This document shows, in pieces, positions 10,099-20,523 of a stretch of 64,000 nucleotides of DNA (positions are counted from its first letter, which is position 1; each line of letters begins with the position of its first letter). Position numbers and translations under genes: made by a program. Source of the stretch: Acidobacteriota bacterium. GTDB lineage: Bacteria; Acidobacteriota; UBA6911; RPQK01; JAPXNP01. The stretch spans positions 25,320-89,319 of the forward strand of contig JARRKC010000002.1 in NCBI GenBank assembly GCA_037388505.1, in the 5' to 3' direction. Under the pieces are notes generated by a model. It worked only from the letters and a program-made list of their open reading frames with translations. It was not told where the DNA came from and made no database searches.

Positions 10099-10857
10099 TC
10101 ACTCCGCGCGCTGGCGGCGATTGATCAGACTGGCGACATAGCCGGCTCCGAAGCCGTTGTCGATATTGACGACCGTAACATTCGACGAGCAACTGTTCAG
10201 CATTCCCAGCAGAGCGGCGAGGCCTCCGAATGAAGCACCGTACCCCACACTGGTGGGGACCGCGATTACCGGCACCTCGACCAGGCCGCCCACTACGCTG
10301 GGCAAGGCCCCCTCCATACCGGCGACGGCAATCATGACGCTGCAGGAACGCAGTGCTTCGACTTGGCGCAGCACCCGGTGGATGCCTGCGACTCCGACAT
10401 CGTGCCAAGCCCGCACTTCGTTGCCCATGACCTGGGCGGTAATGGCGGCTTCTTCTGCGACCGGTATGTCCGCAGTTCCGGCCGCGACGACGCCGATGGT
10501 GCCCCGGCCTACCAGTTCCCTGTCGCGAACGACCGCGATGACCTTCGAAAGGGGGTGCGATTCGGCTTCGGGAACCCGCGCTGAGAGTGTCTCGAACACT
10601 CCTTCGGGGACATGGGTAATCAGGAGGTTCGGGTGCTTCGCGAGGATCGAGTCTGCAATCGAGAGAATCTGCTCGGGCGTCTTGCCCTTCCCAAAAACGA
10701 CCTCGGCAAAGCCATGGCGCAGGGCACGATGATGATCGACTTTGGCGAAGCCAAGATCTTCATAGGGAAGGTGCTCGAGCAGGCGTTCGATCTCCTCGCT
10801 CGACAGCCTTCCCTCCTTGAACTCCGCCAGTGCCCGTCGCAGATGGTCCGGAATCAT
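10099..10857 (-). CDS. larB: LarB-like (PurE-related) pyridinium-3,5-biscarboxylic acid mononucleotide synthase
   Basis: 252 aa with an N-terminal extension plus a PurE-like fold: [24 protein letters not shown]...[38 protein letters not shown]. The start overlaps the pnp stop by 4 nt. Confidence 0.7.
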   Translation of the reverse strand: MIPDHLRRALAEFKEGRLSSEEIERLLEHLPYEDLGFAKVDHHRALRHGFAEVVFGKGKTPEQILSIADSILAKHPNLLITHVPEGVFETLSARVPEAESHPLSKVIAVVRDRELVGRGTIGVVAAGTADIPVAEEAAITAQVMGNEVRAWHDVGVAGIHRVLRQVEALRSCSVMIAVAGMEGALPSVVGGLVEVPVIAVPTSVGYGASFGGLAALLGMLNSCSSNVTVVNIDNGFGAGYVASLINRRQRAE

Positions 10858-13082
10858 GAGCGCTTGTCGTGTCCCCGCCGGAAAGGTCGGCCCGATCTGC
10901 CGGGGCGTCGATCGGACTGGGGAGTCCTCTCGGCCCGTTCTTCGCCCTCTGCCAGCTCGAAGCCTTCCGATTTCTCGCTGGCGAAATCGGGGTTGTTCTT
11001 GCGTTGTTCCTCGAGTACCGCCCTACGACTCAGGCGGATCTTGTTGTTGCTGTCGATCTCGAGGACTTTGACCAGGATTTTGTCGCCGGGGTGGACCTCC
11101 TGGCGAATATCCCGGATTCGCCGATCGGCGATCTCCGAGATATGGAGAAGGCCTTCAGTGCCGGGAAGAATCTCCACGAAAGCTCCAAAGTCGACTACTT
11201 TGACCACCTTTCCCAGATAGGTCTTTCCAATCTGAGCGGTCGCCGTGATCTCTTCGATCCGAGCGATGGCCTTCTGTGCCGAGTCCAGGTCGGTAGCCGC
11301 GATGCGTACACGACCGTCGTCCTCGATGTCGATCTTGGTCCCGGTTTCCTCGACGATGCTGCGAATCATCTTGCCGCCAGGGCCGATGACTGCGCCGATC
11401 TTTTCCGTGGGAATGTTGATGGTGTAGATCTGCGGAGCGTATTTCGAAATCGATTCGCGGGAGATTGGCAAGGTCTCCGACATCTTCCCCAGGATGAAGA
11501 GCCGGCCTTCCCGAGCCTGCCGGAGGGCCTCTCCCATGATCTGACGGGTCACGCCCACGATCTTGATGTCCATCTGGAGCGCAGTGATTCCGTTTTCCGT
11601 ACCTGCGACTTTAAAGTCCATGTCCCCGTAATGATCCTCGAAGCCGGCGATATCCGAGAGAACCACGTATTTCTCGCCTTCCTTGACGAGGCCCATGGCA
11701 ATGCCGGCAACCGCGCGTTGGATCTGAACCCCGGCGTCTTCCAAGGCAAGAACGCCTCCACAAACCGATGCCATCGAGGACGAACCGTTCGATTCCATGA
11801 TGTCGGAAACGACTCGGATCGTGTACGGGAACTCCTCTTCAGACGGCAGGACAGGAGAAATAGCGCGTTCCGCCAGAGCGCCATGGCCGATCTCCCGCCG
11901 GCCGGGACCCCTCAGGAAACGGACTTCGCCGACGCTGAAAGGCGGGAAGTTGTAGTGGAGCATGAAGCGCTTCGAGGATTCTCCCGTCAGGTCATCGAGC
12001 CGCTGAACGTCTTCACCGGTCCCCAGCGTAACGGTGACCAGCGCCTGGGTTTCACCTCGCGTGAAAAGGGCGGAGCCGTGGGTTCGAGGGAGGAAGCCGA
12101 CTTCGGAACTGATGGGTCGAATCTCATTGAACTGCCGCAGGTCCGGCCGCACTCCTTTGTCGAGCAGATTCGATCGGAAGAGCTTCTCCATGAGGCGGTC
12201 GAACGTCCGACCGGCGATGGCCCGCTTCTCGGCCTCTTCCTCCGGAATCAGCTCGAGAATCGCCTCGCGATGCCGCTTCATGAGTTCGTTACTGGCCAGC
12301 TTCTCCTTGATGGCGAGGGCCTCCTCGATGCCTGCCGGTGCCTTTTCCAGAACGAGCTGTTCCACTTCCGGGTCGGAAGGAGGCTCGGGAACCTCCCATT
12401 TGGTGCGGTCCAGCTGGTTGCCCCACTCGGTGATGGAGGCGACGATCTCCTTGATCGACTCATGCGCCAGCTCGAGGGCTTCGAGCACCTGTTCTTCCGC
12501 CACTTCACTGGCTCCCGCTTCGACCATGACGATAGCGTCCTTGGTGCCGACGACGACCAAATCGAGTCGACTCCTACTCATCTCTTCGACTGAGGGATTC
12601 AGGACGAGCTGCTCGTCGACCAGTCCGACGCGGACCGCGCCGATCGGATTGTCGAAGGGGATCTCAGAACTGAACAGAGCCGCCGATGCTCCATTTATGG
12701 CAAGAACGTCCGGGTTGATATCCGGCTCGGCCGACAGGACCACAGCGATGATTTGAGTCTCGTTGTGGTAGTTGTCCGGAAAGAGCGGTCGTATGGGTCG
12801 GTCGATCTGCCGGCTGACGAGAATCTCCCGCTCCGTCGGCCGACCTTCTCTTTTGAAGAAGCCTCCGGGGATTTTCCCGGCGGCGTACGTGTACTCGCGA
12901 TAGTCGCAAGTCAAGGGCAGGAAATCGAGGTCCGGCTTGGGTTCCCGTTCGCCGCATGCCGTGACCAGCACCACCGTCTCCCCGCACTGGACGTAGGCAG
13001 AGCCGTGGGCCTGCTTCGCCAGTCTTCCTGTCTCAATGGTGAGCTCGTGCTCACCAACCGTCACACTCAGTTTGTGAACCAT
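10854..13082 (-). CDS. pnp: polyribonucleotide nucleotidyltransferase (PNPase)
   Basis: Two RNase PH domains, then KH and S1 domains ([28 protein letters not shown]). Start taken at the internal MVHKLSV, preceded by GGAGGA; the ORF is open to 13118. Confidence 0.93.
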   Translation of the reverse strand: MVHKLSVTVGEHELTIETGRLAKQAHGSAYVQCGETVVLVTACGEREPKPDLDFLPLTCDYREYTYAAGKIPGGFFKREGRPTEREILVSRQIDRPIRPLFPDNYHNETQIIAVVLSAEPDINPDVLAINGASAALFSSEIPFDNPIGAVRVGLVDEQLVLNPSVEEMSRSRLDLVVVGTKDAIVMVEAGASEVAEEQVLEALELAHESIKEIVASITEWGNQLDRTKWEVPEPPSDPEVEQLVLEKAPAGIEEALAIKEKLASNELMKRHREAILELIPEEEAEKRAIAGRTFDRLMEKLFRSNLLDKGVRPDLRQFNEIRPISSEVGFLPRTHGSALFTRGETQALVTVTLGTGEDVQRLDDLTGESSKRFMLHYNFPPFSVGEVRFLRGPGRREIGHGALAERAISPVLPSEEEFPYTIRVVSDIMESNGSSSMASVCGGVLALEDAGVQIQRAVAGIAMGLVKEGEKYVVLSDIAGFEDHYGDMDFKVAGTENGITALQMDIKIVGVTRQIMGEALRQAREGRLFILGKMSETLPISRESISKYAPQIYTINIPTEKIGAVIGPGGKMIRSIVEETGTKIDIEDDGRVRIAATDLDSAQKAIARIEEITATAQIGKTYLGKVVKVVDFGAFVEILPGTEGLLHISEIADRRIRDIRQEVHPGDKILVKVLEIDSNNKIRLSRRAVLEEQRKNNPDFASEKSEGFELAEGEERAERTPQSDRRPGRSGRPFRRGHDKRS

Positions 13083-13350
13083 TGAATATTTCCTCCGATT
13101 TCGCCAGCGATCTGGCATTAGCCTTTAGAACGGCACATTCTGTCCAATTGAGCCAGGCGATGCCCGGAGGGAACATCGACTCGCGCAATCGGACAAGAAT
13201 CAAAGTCGCAGGGGGGTCGGCGAGATTCCTACTGTCAGTTGAAAGGAAGGAATTCAGACAGTTGCCCACTTCAAAGAACGATTCTCGGTTATCGGCACGC
13301 ATCCTGTCAGGAGAGGCGGCCTCCACGAGCAGAATCCAAGCCGCGAACGG

Positions 13351-13617
13351 TTACTTGCGGATTCCCAGGCGCTCGATCAACTCCTTGTAGCGGTTGAAGT
13401 TCCGCTTCTTCAAGTAGTCGAGCAGACGTCTGCGCTGTCCCACGAGCTTCAACAGGCCGCGACGTGAATGGTAGTCCTTCTTATGGGTCTTGAAATGTTC
13501 GGTCAACTCGCGGATACGTTCGCTGAGAAGCGCGACCTGGACTTCCGGTGAGCCGGTGTCCGTGTCGTGCTGCCGAAACTCGCCTACTATTTCCGTCTTT
13601 CTGTCTTTCGTCAGCAT
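13351..13617 (-). CDS. rpsO: 30S ribosomal protein S15
   Basis: 88 aa: [69 protein letters not shown]. Conserved rpsO-pnp pairing. Confidence 0.95.
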   Translation of the reverse strand: MLTKDRKTEIVGEFRQHDTDTGSPEVQVALLSERIRELTEHFKTHKKDYHSRRGLLKLVGQRRRLLDYLKKRNFNRYKELIERLGIRK

Positions 13618-13687
13618 CTCTATCTACAATCGCTCCTGTTTTCTTGCTCGTGGAAGGCGTCAATGTAGCAGATATGACACCTGAAGT

Positions 13688-14644
13688 CTAGCCGGGCGAA
13701 CTGTTTCGACCCGACCTGCTCTGCTGTTTCCGCTCGTCCGATGCATGGGCACGAGGGTGGGCCTTACGGTAAGTCTGCAGTAGTTGTTCGACCGCCAGGT
13801 GAGTGTACTTCTGTGTAGTGGAAAGGCTTTCATGCCCCAGGAGCTCCTGAATCGTGCGCAGGTCGGCGCCGCGGTTGAGGAGGTGGGTGGCAAACGAATG
13901 CCGGAAAACGTGGGGATGCACCTTCAGGAGCAGGGCACTTTTTTGAACGTAGTTTCCGAGAGAACGCTGAATGGAACGAGCCGTAAGACGATTTCCACGG
14001 GCGTTTAGGAACAGCGCGCCCGGTTCTCTCACACTGCGGGCTCGCTTCAGAATGCGGCTACGAGCGGACAGGTAATTCTCGATGGCCTCCTGGGCCTGAC
14101 GACCAAACGGGACCACCCGTTCCTTGCGGCCCTTTCCCTTGACCTTGATGAGACGTTCGCTCAGCGAACAGTCACCCAGATTGATCGTGACCAGCTCGCC
14201 GACTCGAAGTCCGGCGGCGTACAGAAGTTCCAGGATGGCTCGATCGCGGGCTCCAAGATCGGTGGCAGGATCGGGTAATGCCAGAATCGTCTCGACTTCT
14301 TCCTCGGACAATACGGTCGGGTTACGTTTCGCCTGTTTGGGAGTCCGCACCAGCCGAGCGGGATTCTGAGTGATGACCCCTTCGCGGTGTAGAAAACGGA
14401 AGAAGGAGCGGATCGCCGCCAGCTTCCTGGCCATGGAACTGCGACTGTTTCCTCTCTCATAGAGACTTCCCAGGAAGTCACGAATCGTGATGTGGTCGAT
14501 GTCGCGGGGTTTGACTTCGGATCGGGCACACCCCAGATGGGTCAGGAACTCTTCGAGGTCTCTCTGGTAGCTTCGAATCGTATGGAGCGAGCAGTTCCTG
14601 GAGAAGCGAAGGTGTTTCAGGAATGTGCTCACCCACTCGTCCAT
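13688..14644 (-). CDS. tyrosine site-specific recombinase XerC/XerD family
   Basis: C-terminal catalytic motifs HPHVFRHSFATHLLNRGADLRTIQELLGHESLSTTQKYTHL. The N-terminal SAM-like domain is present. Confidence 0.85.
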   Translation of the reverse strand: MDEWVSTFLKHLRFSRNCSLHTIRSYQRDLEEFLTHLGCARSEVKPRDIDHITIRDFLGSLYERGNSRSSMARKLAAIRSFFRFLHREGVITQNPARLVRTPKQAKRNPTVLSEEEVETILALPDPATDLGARDRAILELLYAAGLRVGELVTINLGDCSLSERLIKVKGKGRKERVVPFGRQAQEAIENYLSARSRILKRARSVREPGALFLNARGNRLTARSIQRSLGNYVQKSALLLKVHPHVFRHSFATHLLNRGADLRTIQELLGHESLSTTQKYTHLAVEQLLQTYRKAHPRAHASDERKQQSRSGRNSSPG

Positions 14645-14681
14645 CCGCCTTCAGAGTAGCAGCAACCGGCTGACGCGCCGG

Positions 14682-16025
14682 CTACTTCAAGTTGAGCCCC
14701 TTGAGCTTGCGATGCAGATGACTCCTCTCCATCCCGATTGCGGCCGCCGTCTTCGAAATGTTGCCCTCGTTCTCCTGCAAGTTCTTGAGCAGGAACTCCC
14801 GTTCCCACTCGTCTCGCGCCCGCTGCCACATGGAACGGGCATCTTCCGGCGCTTCCGATCCGGCTTTCAGTATCGAGGTCGGTAGATCGAGCACGCGGAT
14901 TTCCTCGCGTGGAAGCATGATGGCCAGCCGCTCCACGATGTTGCGGAGTTCGCGAACGTTTCCGGGCCAGTAGTAGCGGCGCAGCGTGTCCATCGCTTCG
15001 GGCGCGAACTCCTTCTTCTTGCGCCCGTAGCGCAGACAGAAGACTTCCATAAAGTGCTCGGCCAGGAGGGGAACATCCTCGTTGCGCTGGCGCAAGGGAG
15101 GGACTTCGAAGGGGATGACGTTGAGCCGAAAGAACAGGTCCTCCCGAAACGTTCCGTCGTCGATGCGCTGCTCCAGATTCTGATTGGTTGCGGCAATGAC
15201 TCGGACGTCAACCTCGACGACCTCGTTGCTGCCCACCGGTGAGAAGCGCTGTTCCTCCAGGACACGCAGCACTTTTGCCTGCGTTTTGAGGCTCATGTCG
15301 CCGACTTCATCCAGGAACAGCGTTCCCTGGTCGGCCAACTCGAACTTTCCCTTGCGCGTTTCACTCGCTCCGGTGAACGCTCCCTTGATATTGCCGAACA
15401 GCTCACTCTCGATCAATTCCTCGGGTATTGCGGCGCAGTTCACTTCTACGAACGGCTGGTCTCGCCGGTCGCTTTGAAGATGGAGAAGGCGCGCGACCAA
15501 CTCTTTGCCGGTCCCGTTCTCCCCGTAGATGAGGACTCTTCCCTCGGTGGGTGCCGCAAACTGGATCTGCTGGCGCAGGGCCATCATGGGGACCGACGTT
15601 CCGATCATCACGTTCTCGCGCCGCAGGATCTCCCGGAGGTTGTGATTCTCGGCTTCGAGATGGCTTTGACTCAGGGCGTGATTGAGGACCAGCATGATCT
15701 TTTCGACCGACAACGGCTTTTCGATGAAGTCAAAGGCCCCCAGTTTGGTGGCGCGGACGGCGGTCTCGATCGACCCGTGTCCGGAGATCATGATGACGTA
15801 GAGGCCAGGGCATTTGTTCTTGACCTCCTCCAGCACGGAGATGCCGTCCTTGCCCGGGAGCCAGACGTCGAGGAAGACCGCGTCGTACGAATGCCGGTCC
15901 ACGGATTCGAGACACTCCTCTCCGCTGGCCACCGCGTCGACGGCGAAACCTTCGTCCTCCAGAATGCCCGCCATCGAGACTCGGACATTCTCCTCGTCGT
16001 CAACGATCAGCAGTCGGGCTCTCAT
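14682..16025 (-). CDS. sigma-54-dependent response regulator (NtrC/NtrX family)
   Basis: Receiver domain LLIVDDEENVR...D. AAA+ sigma54-interaction domain with GAFTGA (ESELFGNIKGAFTGA); C-terminal Fis-type HTH. Start chosen at MRARLLIV (16025), 25 nt after the kinase stop; the ORF is open to 16121. Confidence 0.85.
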   Translation of the reverse strand: MRARLLIVDDEENVRVSMAGILEDEGFAVDAVASGEECLESVDRHSYDAVFLDVWLPGKDGISVLEEVKNKCPGLYVIMISGHGSIETAVRATKLGAFDFIEKPLSVEKIMLVLNHALSQSHLEAENHNLREILRRENVMIGTSVPMMALRQQIQFAAPTEGRVLIYGENGTGKELVARLLHLQSDRRDQPFVEVNCAAIPEELIESELFGNIKGAFTGASETRKGKFELADQGTLFLDEVGDMSLKTQAKVLRVLEEQRFSPVGSNEVVEVDVRVIAATNQNLEQRIDDGTFREDLFFRLNVIPFEVPPLRQRNEDVPLLAEHFMEVFCLRYGRKKKEFAPEAMDTLRRYYWPGNVRELRNIVERLAIMLPREEIRVLDLPTSILKAGSEAPEDARSMWQRARDEWEREFLLKNLQENEGNISKTAAAIGMERSHLHRKLKGLNLK

Positions 16026-18231
16026 GATCTGCCTTCCATTCGAGCGGGAGTTCGACAATGAATCGTGTTCCTTTGGGTAGGTTGGGTTCTGCCCGGATGA
16101 AGCCGTTATGGTCTGTGACAATCTGACGCACGATTGCGAGGCCTAGACCGGTCCCCTTTTTCTTCGTAGAGAAATAGGGAAGAAACAATTGCTCATAATC
16201 CTCCGCCGCGATACCAGGACCATTGTCCGAAAGCTCGATGGTAACCGAGCGCCGCGCATCGTTCAAAACTGTCCGGATCTCGATTCGCCGATTCTCCTCG
16301 TCGACGAGGGCGTCCAGAGAATTGTCGAGTAGATTGGTGAGCACACGCTGGAGCTGTTCGGGATCGGCGTTTACGGACGAGATCTTGCTGTCATACTTTT
16401 TCTGAAGAGTGATCGCCGCCAGACTGCCGTTGTAGCGCTTCAAGGTTTCTTCGATCAACGCGTGCAGGTCGATACGTTCCGGCTTGCACATCGGCAACCG
16501 GGCAAAGCGGGAGAATTCGGACAGCAGATTTTTGAGGATCCGGGACTCGGTTTGGATGATACGGGAGGCCTCGTCGAGAACCTGCTGGAATTCGACCACT
16601 TGCGGAGTCGGCGTCAGCGTCGGCGCGAGCTTTTGAAAACGGCGCTGAATGCGCTCTGTGGAAAGTTGGATCGGCGTCAGGGGGTTCTTGATTTCGTGAG
16701 CCAGGCGTCGGGCAACCTCTTGCCAGGCCGCAAACCGTTCGGCTCGGATCAGCTCGGTGAGATCATCCAGAACGACCAGGTACTCGAGTTCGTCGGCGAG
16801 ACGATTGGTGGTCATCGTCGCCGCGACGAAGAGTCGTCCGCCCGATGCACGTTCGAGGGTGAGCTGCTTGCGGTAGGTTCCGTAGAGCAGCGCGCGCTTC
16901 TTCATCTCCTGGAAGTTGGCGTCGAGCTGGCCCTCGGAGATTTCCCACAGCGGCCGGCTCAGAATCTCCGAGGCGGTGCGCTGAAGCATCTTCAGAGCGG
17001 AGTCGTTGGCGGTACGGACCGTCTCTTGCTCGTCGATCGTGATCACGCCCGTCGCGATGTTCTGGAGAATCGTCTCGATGTAGCGGCGGCGGTCGTCGAG
17101 ATGAATGTTGGTCTTACGCAGCTCTTCGTTGGTCGCCTCGAGCTCTTGACGGTTGTCCTTGAGTTCTTCCGCCATCCGGTTGAAGGAACCCACGACGATT
17201 CCGAGTTCATCAGGCGCCCGAATTCCAATCCGATAATCGAGATTACCCGAGGCCAGTTCCCGTGATCCTTCCGCCAGCGCTTCCAGAGGCACCGTCAGGC
17301 GACGGGCGATGTAGTTGCCCAGCCAGACGAAGCCAAAGACGACCGCCAGCGTCGTCATGGCCAGCACCAGGATGTAGGTCAAGCGCAACGACGCCAGCGT
17401 CCCTTTCAGACCCTTGTAGACCTGGTTGGCCTCCGCCACGCTCTGAAGCTGGAAGGCAACGCTGCCCGGCAGCTCCTTGAAGAGCAGCAAGGATCCCGAT
17501 ACTCCTCCGGCGTCGTTCTCGATCGGCACTCCAATCCAGATACGGTCAACGATTCCGGGGGAGAGATTGACGGCGGGTTCCAGCCGGTAGAGGGTGCCCC
17601 CTTCGAGAAGCCGGCGATTCTCACCCAGGGGCGGAGGTTCCGGGAAAGTCCCGGCACGAAGGACGACGGATCCGGAGGAATCGCAGAGCAGCAAACCCCG
17701 GTAGCCGGCAGCCCGAGCTTCCACGAGCAGCGCTTCAGACGATGTCGCTCTCCGCTGCCACCTCTCGGCCAGCTGGCGGGCACGTGCGATCGAGTTCTGC
17801 TCGAGTTCTCGATAATACATCTGCGAGATGTTCATCGACGACTTCAAGAGCTGTTCGGAAGGAGCGCTGACCCAAGTCGTCAGATTCTGGTTGATCAGGC
17901 CAAAAGCGAGGAATGCCATGATGAGGGCCGGGAAGAGCGAGAACAGCACAAACGTGAGGATGAGCTTCGTCTTGATCCGGGAACCTGGATAGCCCGATTG
18001 ATACTCGAACAACACCCGGATCAAATAGCGGGCCAGCGAGATCATCAGTGCGAGGACGAGAATGAAGATCAATGCCCAGACGAAGGCCCAAAGGTTGAAA
18101 TTGCGGAGGAAGTTCTGGTTCCCTACCGAGGACGGATTCAGGAAGATCACACTCACCAGATAAGCGAGAATGAGAGCGACGAGAAGTCCCGAGATCCACA
18201 GAATCCTTTGATGAGAATTGCCTGATTTCAT
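16000..18231 (-). CDS. NtrY-like sensor histidine kinase (multi-TM, HAMP, PAS, HisKA, HATPase_c)
   Basis: N-terminal TM helices. HisKA H-box RLAHEIKNPLTPIQLSTERI; ATPase G-boxes DNGPGI...GTGLGLAIV. Co-oriented and adjacent to the sigma54 regulator. Confidence 0.85.
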   Translation of the reverse strand: MKSGNSHQRILWISGLLVALILAYLVSVIFLNPSSVGNQNFLRNFNLWAFVWALIFILVLALMISLARYLIRVLFEYQSGYPGSRIKTKLILTFVLFSLFPALIMAFLAFGLINQNLTTWVSAPSEQLLKSSMNISQMYYRELEQNSIARARQLAERWQRRATSSEALLVEARAAGYRGLLLCDSSGSVVLRAGTFPEPPPLGENRRLLEGGTLYRLEPAVNLSPGIVDRIWIGVPIENDAGGVSGSLLLFKELPGSVAFQLQSVAEANQVYKGLKGTLASLRLTYILVLAMTTLAVVFGFVWLGNYIARRLTVPLEALAEGSRELASGNLDYRIGIRAPDELGIVVGSFNRMAEELKDNRQELEATNEELRKTNIHLDDRRRYIETILQNIATGVITIDEQETVRTANDSALKMLQRTASEILSRPLWEISEGQLDANFQEMKKRALLYGTYRKQLTLERASGGRLFVAATMTTNRLADELEYLVVLDDLTELIRAERFAAWQEVARRLAHEIKNPLTPIQLSTERIQRRFQKLAPTLTPTPQVVEFQQVLDEASRIIQTESRILKNLLSEFSRFARLPMCKPERIDLHALIEETLKRYNGSLAAITLQKKYDSKISSVNADPEQLQRVLTNLLDNSLDALVDEENRRIEIRTVLNDARRSVTIELSDNGPGIAAEDYEQLFLPYFSTKKKGTGLGLAIVRQIVTDHNGFIRAEPNLPKGTRFIVELPLEWKADHESPTADR

Positions 18232-18367
18232 GGGAGAAAAACTCGGGAGGTCAAACCGGCCCGGGCCGACACGGGTCTGCCCTTGCCTCGCGCAACCTGT
18301 GATTTGAGGCGGCGCTTCATGTTATTGTCACGTATTCTAACATTCAACGGAAAGACACGGGACAGCT

Positions 18368-20380
18368 ATGCTGAGGATTGGCATCGACACGGGCGGAACC
18401 TTCACGGATTTTGTCGTCCTCGACGGCGAGCAGCTTACGGTCTTCAAGCTTCCCTCGACTCCATCCGAGCCGGAAAAGGCGGTGCTCGAGGGGCTGGGGC
18501 GTCTGACGGAAGGTCGGGATGGGTACGCCTTGCAGCATGGCTCGACCGTCGCCACCAACGCCTTCCTCGAACGCAAGGGCGCCCGCTGTCTGCTGGTCAC
18601 GAACCAGGGTTTTGAAGACATCCTCGAGATTGGCCGACAGAATCGCCCCGAGCTCTACAGACTCAGCAGCTCGCGACCCGAGCCGCTCGTCCCCGAGCGT
18701 TACCGGATTGGAATCAAACAACGGACACTCTGGGACGGGACGAGCGGAGTCCCTCTGGAAAGCAAGAGTCTCGACTGGCTGCGAACCAAGGTCCAACAGC
18801 TGAAGCCCGAAGCCATCGCAGTCGTGCTGCTCTACAGTTACCTGGATCCGACCAGCGAGCTCCGGATCGGAAAGGCGCTGACCGATTTCGAGGTTCCCAT
18901 CTCGCTCTCTCATGAGATCCTTCCGGAGTTTCGCGAATTCGAGCGAACGTCGACGACGGTCCTCAATGCCTACGTTCAGCCGATCATGACGCACTATCTA
19001 TCGGGGCTGAGAGGAAGCGAGTTCGTGCAAAAGGGTTCGCTGACCATCATGCAGTCGAATGGAGGTTCGATCTCTTCCGAGTCGGCGGAGCGAGAGCCCG
19101 TCCGCACCCTGTTTTCCGGGCCTGCAGGGGGTGTCGTCGGTGCTTTCGAAGTTGCCAGGGCCGCGGGTTATGACAAGATCATTACGCTGGATATGGGGGG
19201 GACCTCCACCGATGTCTGCTTGTGCGACGGCCGCATCGAGACGACCAACGAGTGTGTGATCGATCATCATCCCGTCTCGATTCAAACCATTGGAATCCAT
19301 TCCGTCGGCGCCGGCGGCGGTTCGATTGCCTGGATCGATGAAGGAGGTCTGCTGAAGGTCGGACCCCGTAGCGCCGGGGCCGAACCAGGTCCGATCTGCT
19401 ACGGGAAGGGCGAGGAGGTGACGGTCACCGACGCCAACGTCTTCCTGGGGCGCCTCGATCCCGACTTCTTTCTGGGCGGCGATATCAGGCTCTATCCGGA
19501 GAAGATCGGGCCGGCGCTCGAAGGGCTTGCGGCCAACCTCGCCCAGAATACCGACCATGACTGGCAGCAGGCCGAGATTGCAGAAGGTATCATCCGCATC
19601 GTCAACACGCAGATGGAGCGTGCTCTTCGGGTCATCTCGCTTCAAAAGGGGCACGACACACGTGAGTTCACACTGGTGACCTTCGGCGGAGCGGGAGGTC
19701 TACACGCTTGCGAGTTGGCTCGTTCCCTTCTGATTCCCAGAGTCCTGGTTCCGATGCACCCTGGCGCTCTGTCGGCCTTGGGCATCCTCCGTGCGGACGT
19801 CGTCCAGGACGCGTCCCAGACCCTCTTGATCACCTCCTCGGATGCCGATCTGGAATCTCGCTTGGAACAGGGGTTTGCGGATCTCGCGGGCAAGGTAGTC
19901 GCTCGGTTGGAGGAGCAGGGCTTCAGGCGCGAGGACCTGGAACTCGAGGAAAGCGTGGACGCCCGGTATCTGGGCCAGTCGTACGAGCTGAATGTCACCT
20001 ATTCACCCAAGGTGATGGAGGATTTTCACCGGCGGCACCTTCAGGTCTACGGGTACTCGAACGACGGTCTTACCGTTGAAATTGTCAATCTGCGCGTTCG
20101 CGGTCGGGCTCGCTATTCGCTTCCACCCCTCCCAGAGTTTCCTGTCGAAGGTCCGGAACCGGCGGTCGATGCCCTGATTCAGGAGAAGCAGGTCCTGGAT
20201 GGAGCTCAATCGCAGCAACTGAAGTTCTACGTGCGCTCCAAGCTTTGCCCCGGCAATCGTCTGCAGGGGCCGGCGGTCGTTCTGGAGTACAGTGCCACGA
20301 CCTGGATCCCGGCGGGATTCACGGCGGAAGTCGACACCCGGCTCAACCTCATCATCGAACCTCAGGTTGCCGAAGCGTAA
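18368..20380 (+). CDS. hydantoinase/oxoprolinase family protein (Hydantoinase_A type, HyuA-like)
   Basis: N-terminal MLRIGIDTGGTFTDFVVLDG plus ASKHA-fold motifs (ITLDMGGTSTDVCL; LVTFGGAGGLHA). No adjacent B subunit. Confidence 0.8.
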   Translation: MLRIGIDTGGTFTDFVVLDGEQLTVFKLPSTPSEPEKAVLEGLGRLTEGRDGYALQHGSTVATNAFLERKGARCLLVTNQGFEDILEIGRQNRPELYRLSSSRPEPLVPERYRIGIKQRTLWDGTSGVPLESKSLDWLRTKVQQLKPEAIAVVLLYSYLDPTSELRIGKALTDFEVPISLSHEILPEFREFERTSTTVLNAYVQPIMTHYLSGLRGSEFVQKGSLTIMQSNGGSISSESAEREPVRTLFSGPAGGVVGAFEVARAAGYDKIITLDMGGTSTDVCLCDGRIETTNECVIDHHPVSIQTIGIHSVGAGGGSIAWIDEGGLLKVGPRSAGAEPGPICYGKGEEVTVTDANVFLGRLDPDFFLGGDIRLYPEKIGPALEGLAANLAQNTDHDWQQAEIAEGIIRIVNTQMERALRVISLQKGHDTREFTLVTFGGAGGLHACELARSLLIPRVLVPMHPGALSALGILRADVVQDASQTLLITSSDADLESRLEQGFADLAGKVVARLEEQGFRREDLELEESVDARYLGQSYELNVTYSPKVMEDFHRRHLQVYGYSNDGLTVEIVNLRVRGRARYSLPPLPEFPVEGPEPAVDALIQEKQVLDGAQSQQLKFYVRSKLCPGNRLQGPAVVLEYSATTWIPAGFTAEVDTRLNLIIEPQVAEA

Positions 20381-20492
20381 CTGTAGTCCCGAGGGATTCT
20401 TTCGCGCGAGCAATTGAGCCAGATCGTCCATGATGACACTGCTTCCACGACGTCCAGCGAGGCGGAACTCGTCACACGCATTGGCCATCCCT

Positions 20493-20517
20493 CCCGGCAC
20501 CCGGCACCCGGCACCCG
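20493..20517. repeat. tandem heptanucleotide repeat (CCCGGCA) x about 3.6
   Basis: Direct read: cccggca cccggca cccggca cccg, lying between the convergent hydantoinase and methyltransferase genes. Confidence 0.7.
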
Positions 20518-20523
20518 ATTGCG

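Noticed and set aside
10869-12593. 574-aa ORF on the plus strand
   Set aside because: It lies antisense to the well-supported pnp gene. Its composition is typical of high-GC antisense frames (R/G/A/D-rich), with no recognisable domain.
13082-13390. 102-aa plus-strand ORF in the rpsO-pnp intergenic region
   Set aside because: This region is expected to be the structured pnp leader. The ORF has no RBS and no homology.
16025-16121. Longer N-terminus (MSQTITASSG...) for the sigma54 regulator, overlapping the kinase gene by 122 nt
   Set aside because: The receiver domain begins at MRARLLIVDDE, 25 nt after the kinase stop. The extension is S/N-rich with no function, and would create an atypically long overlap.
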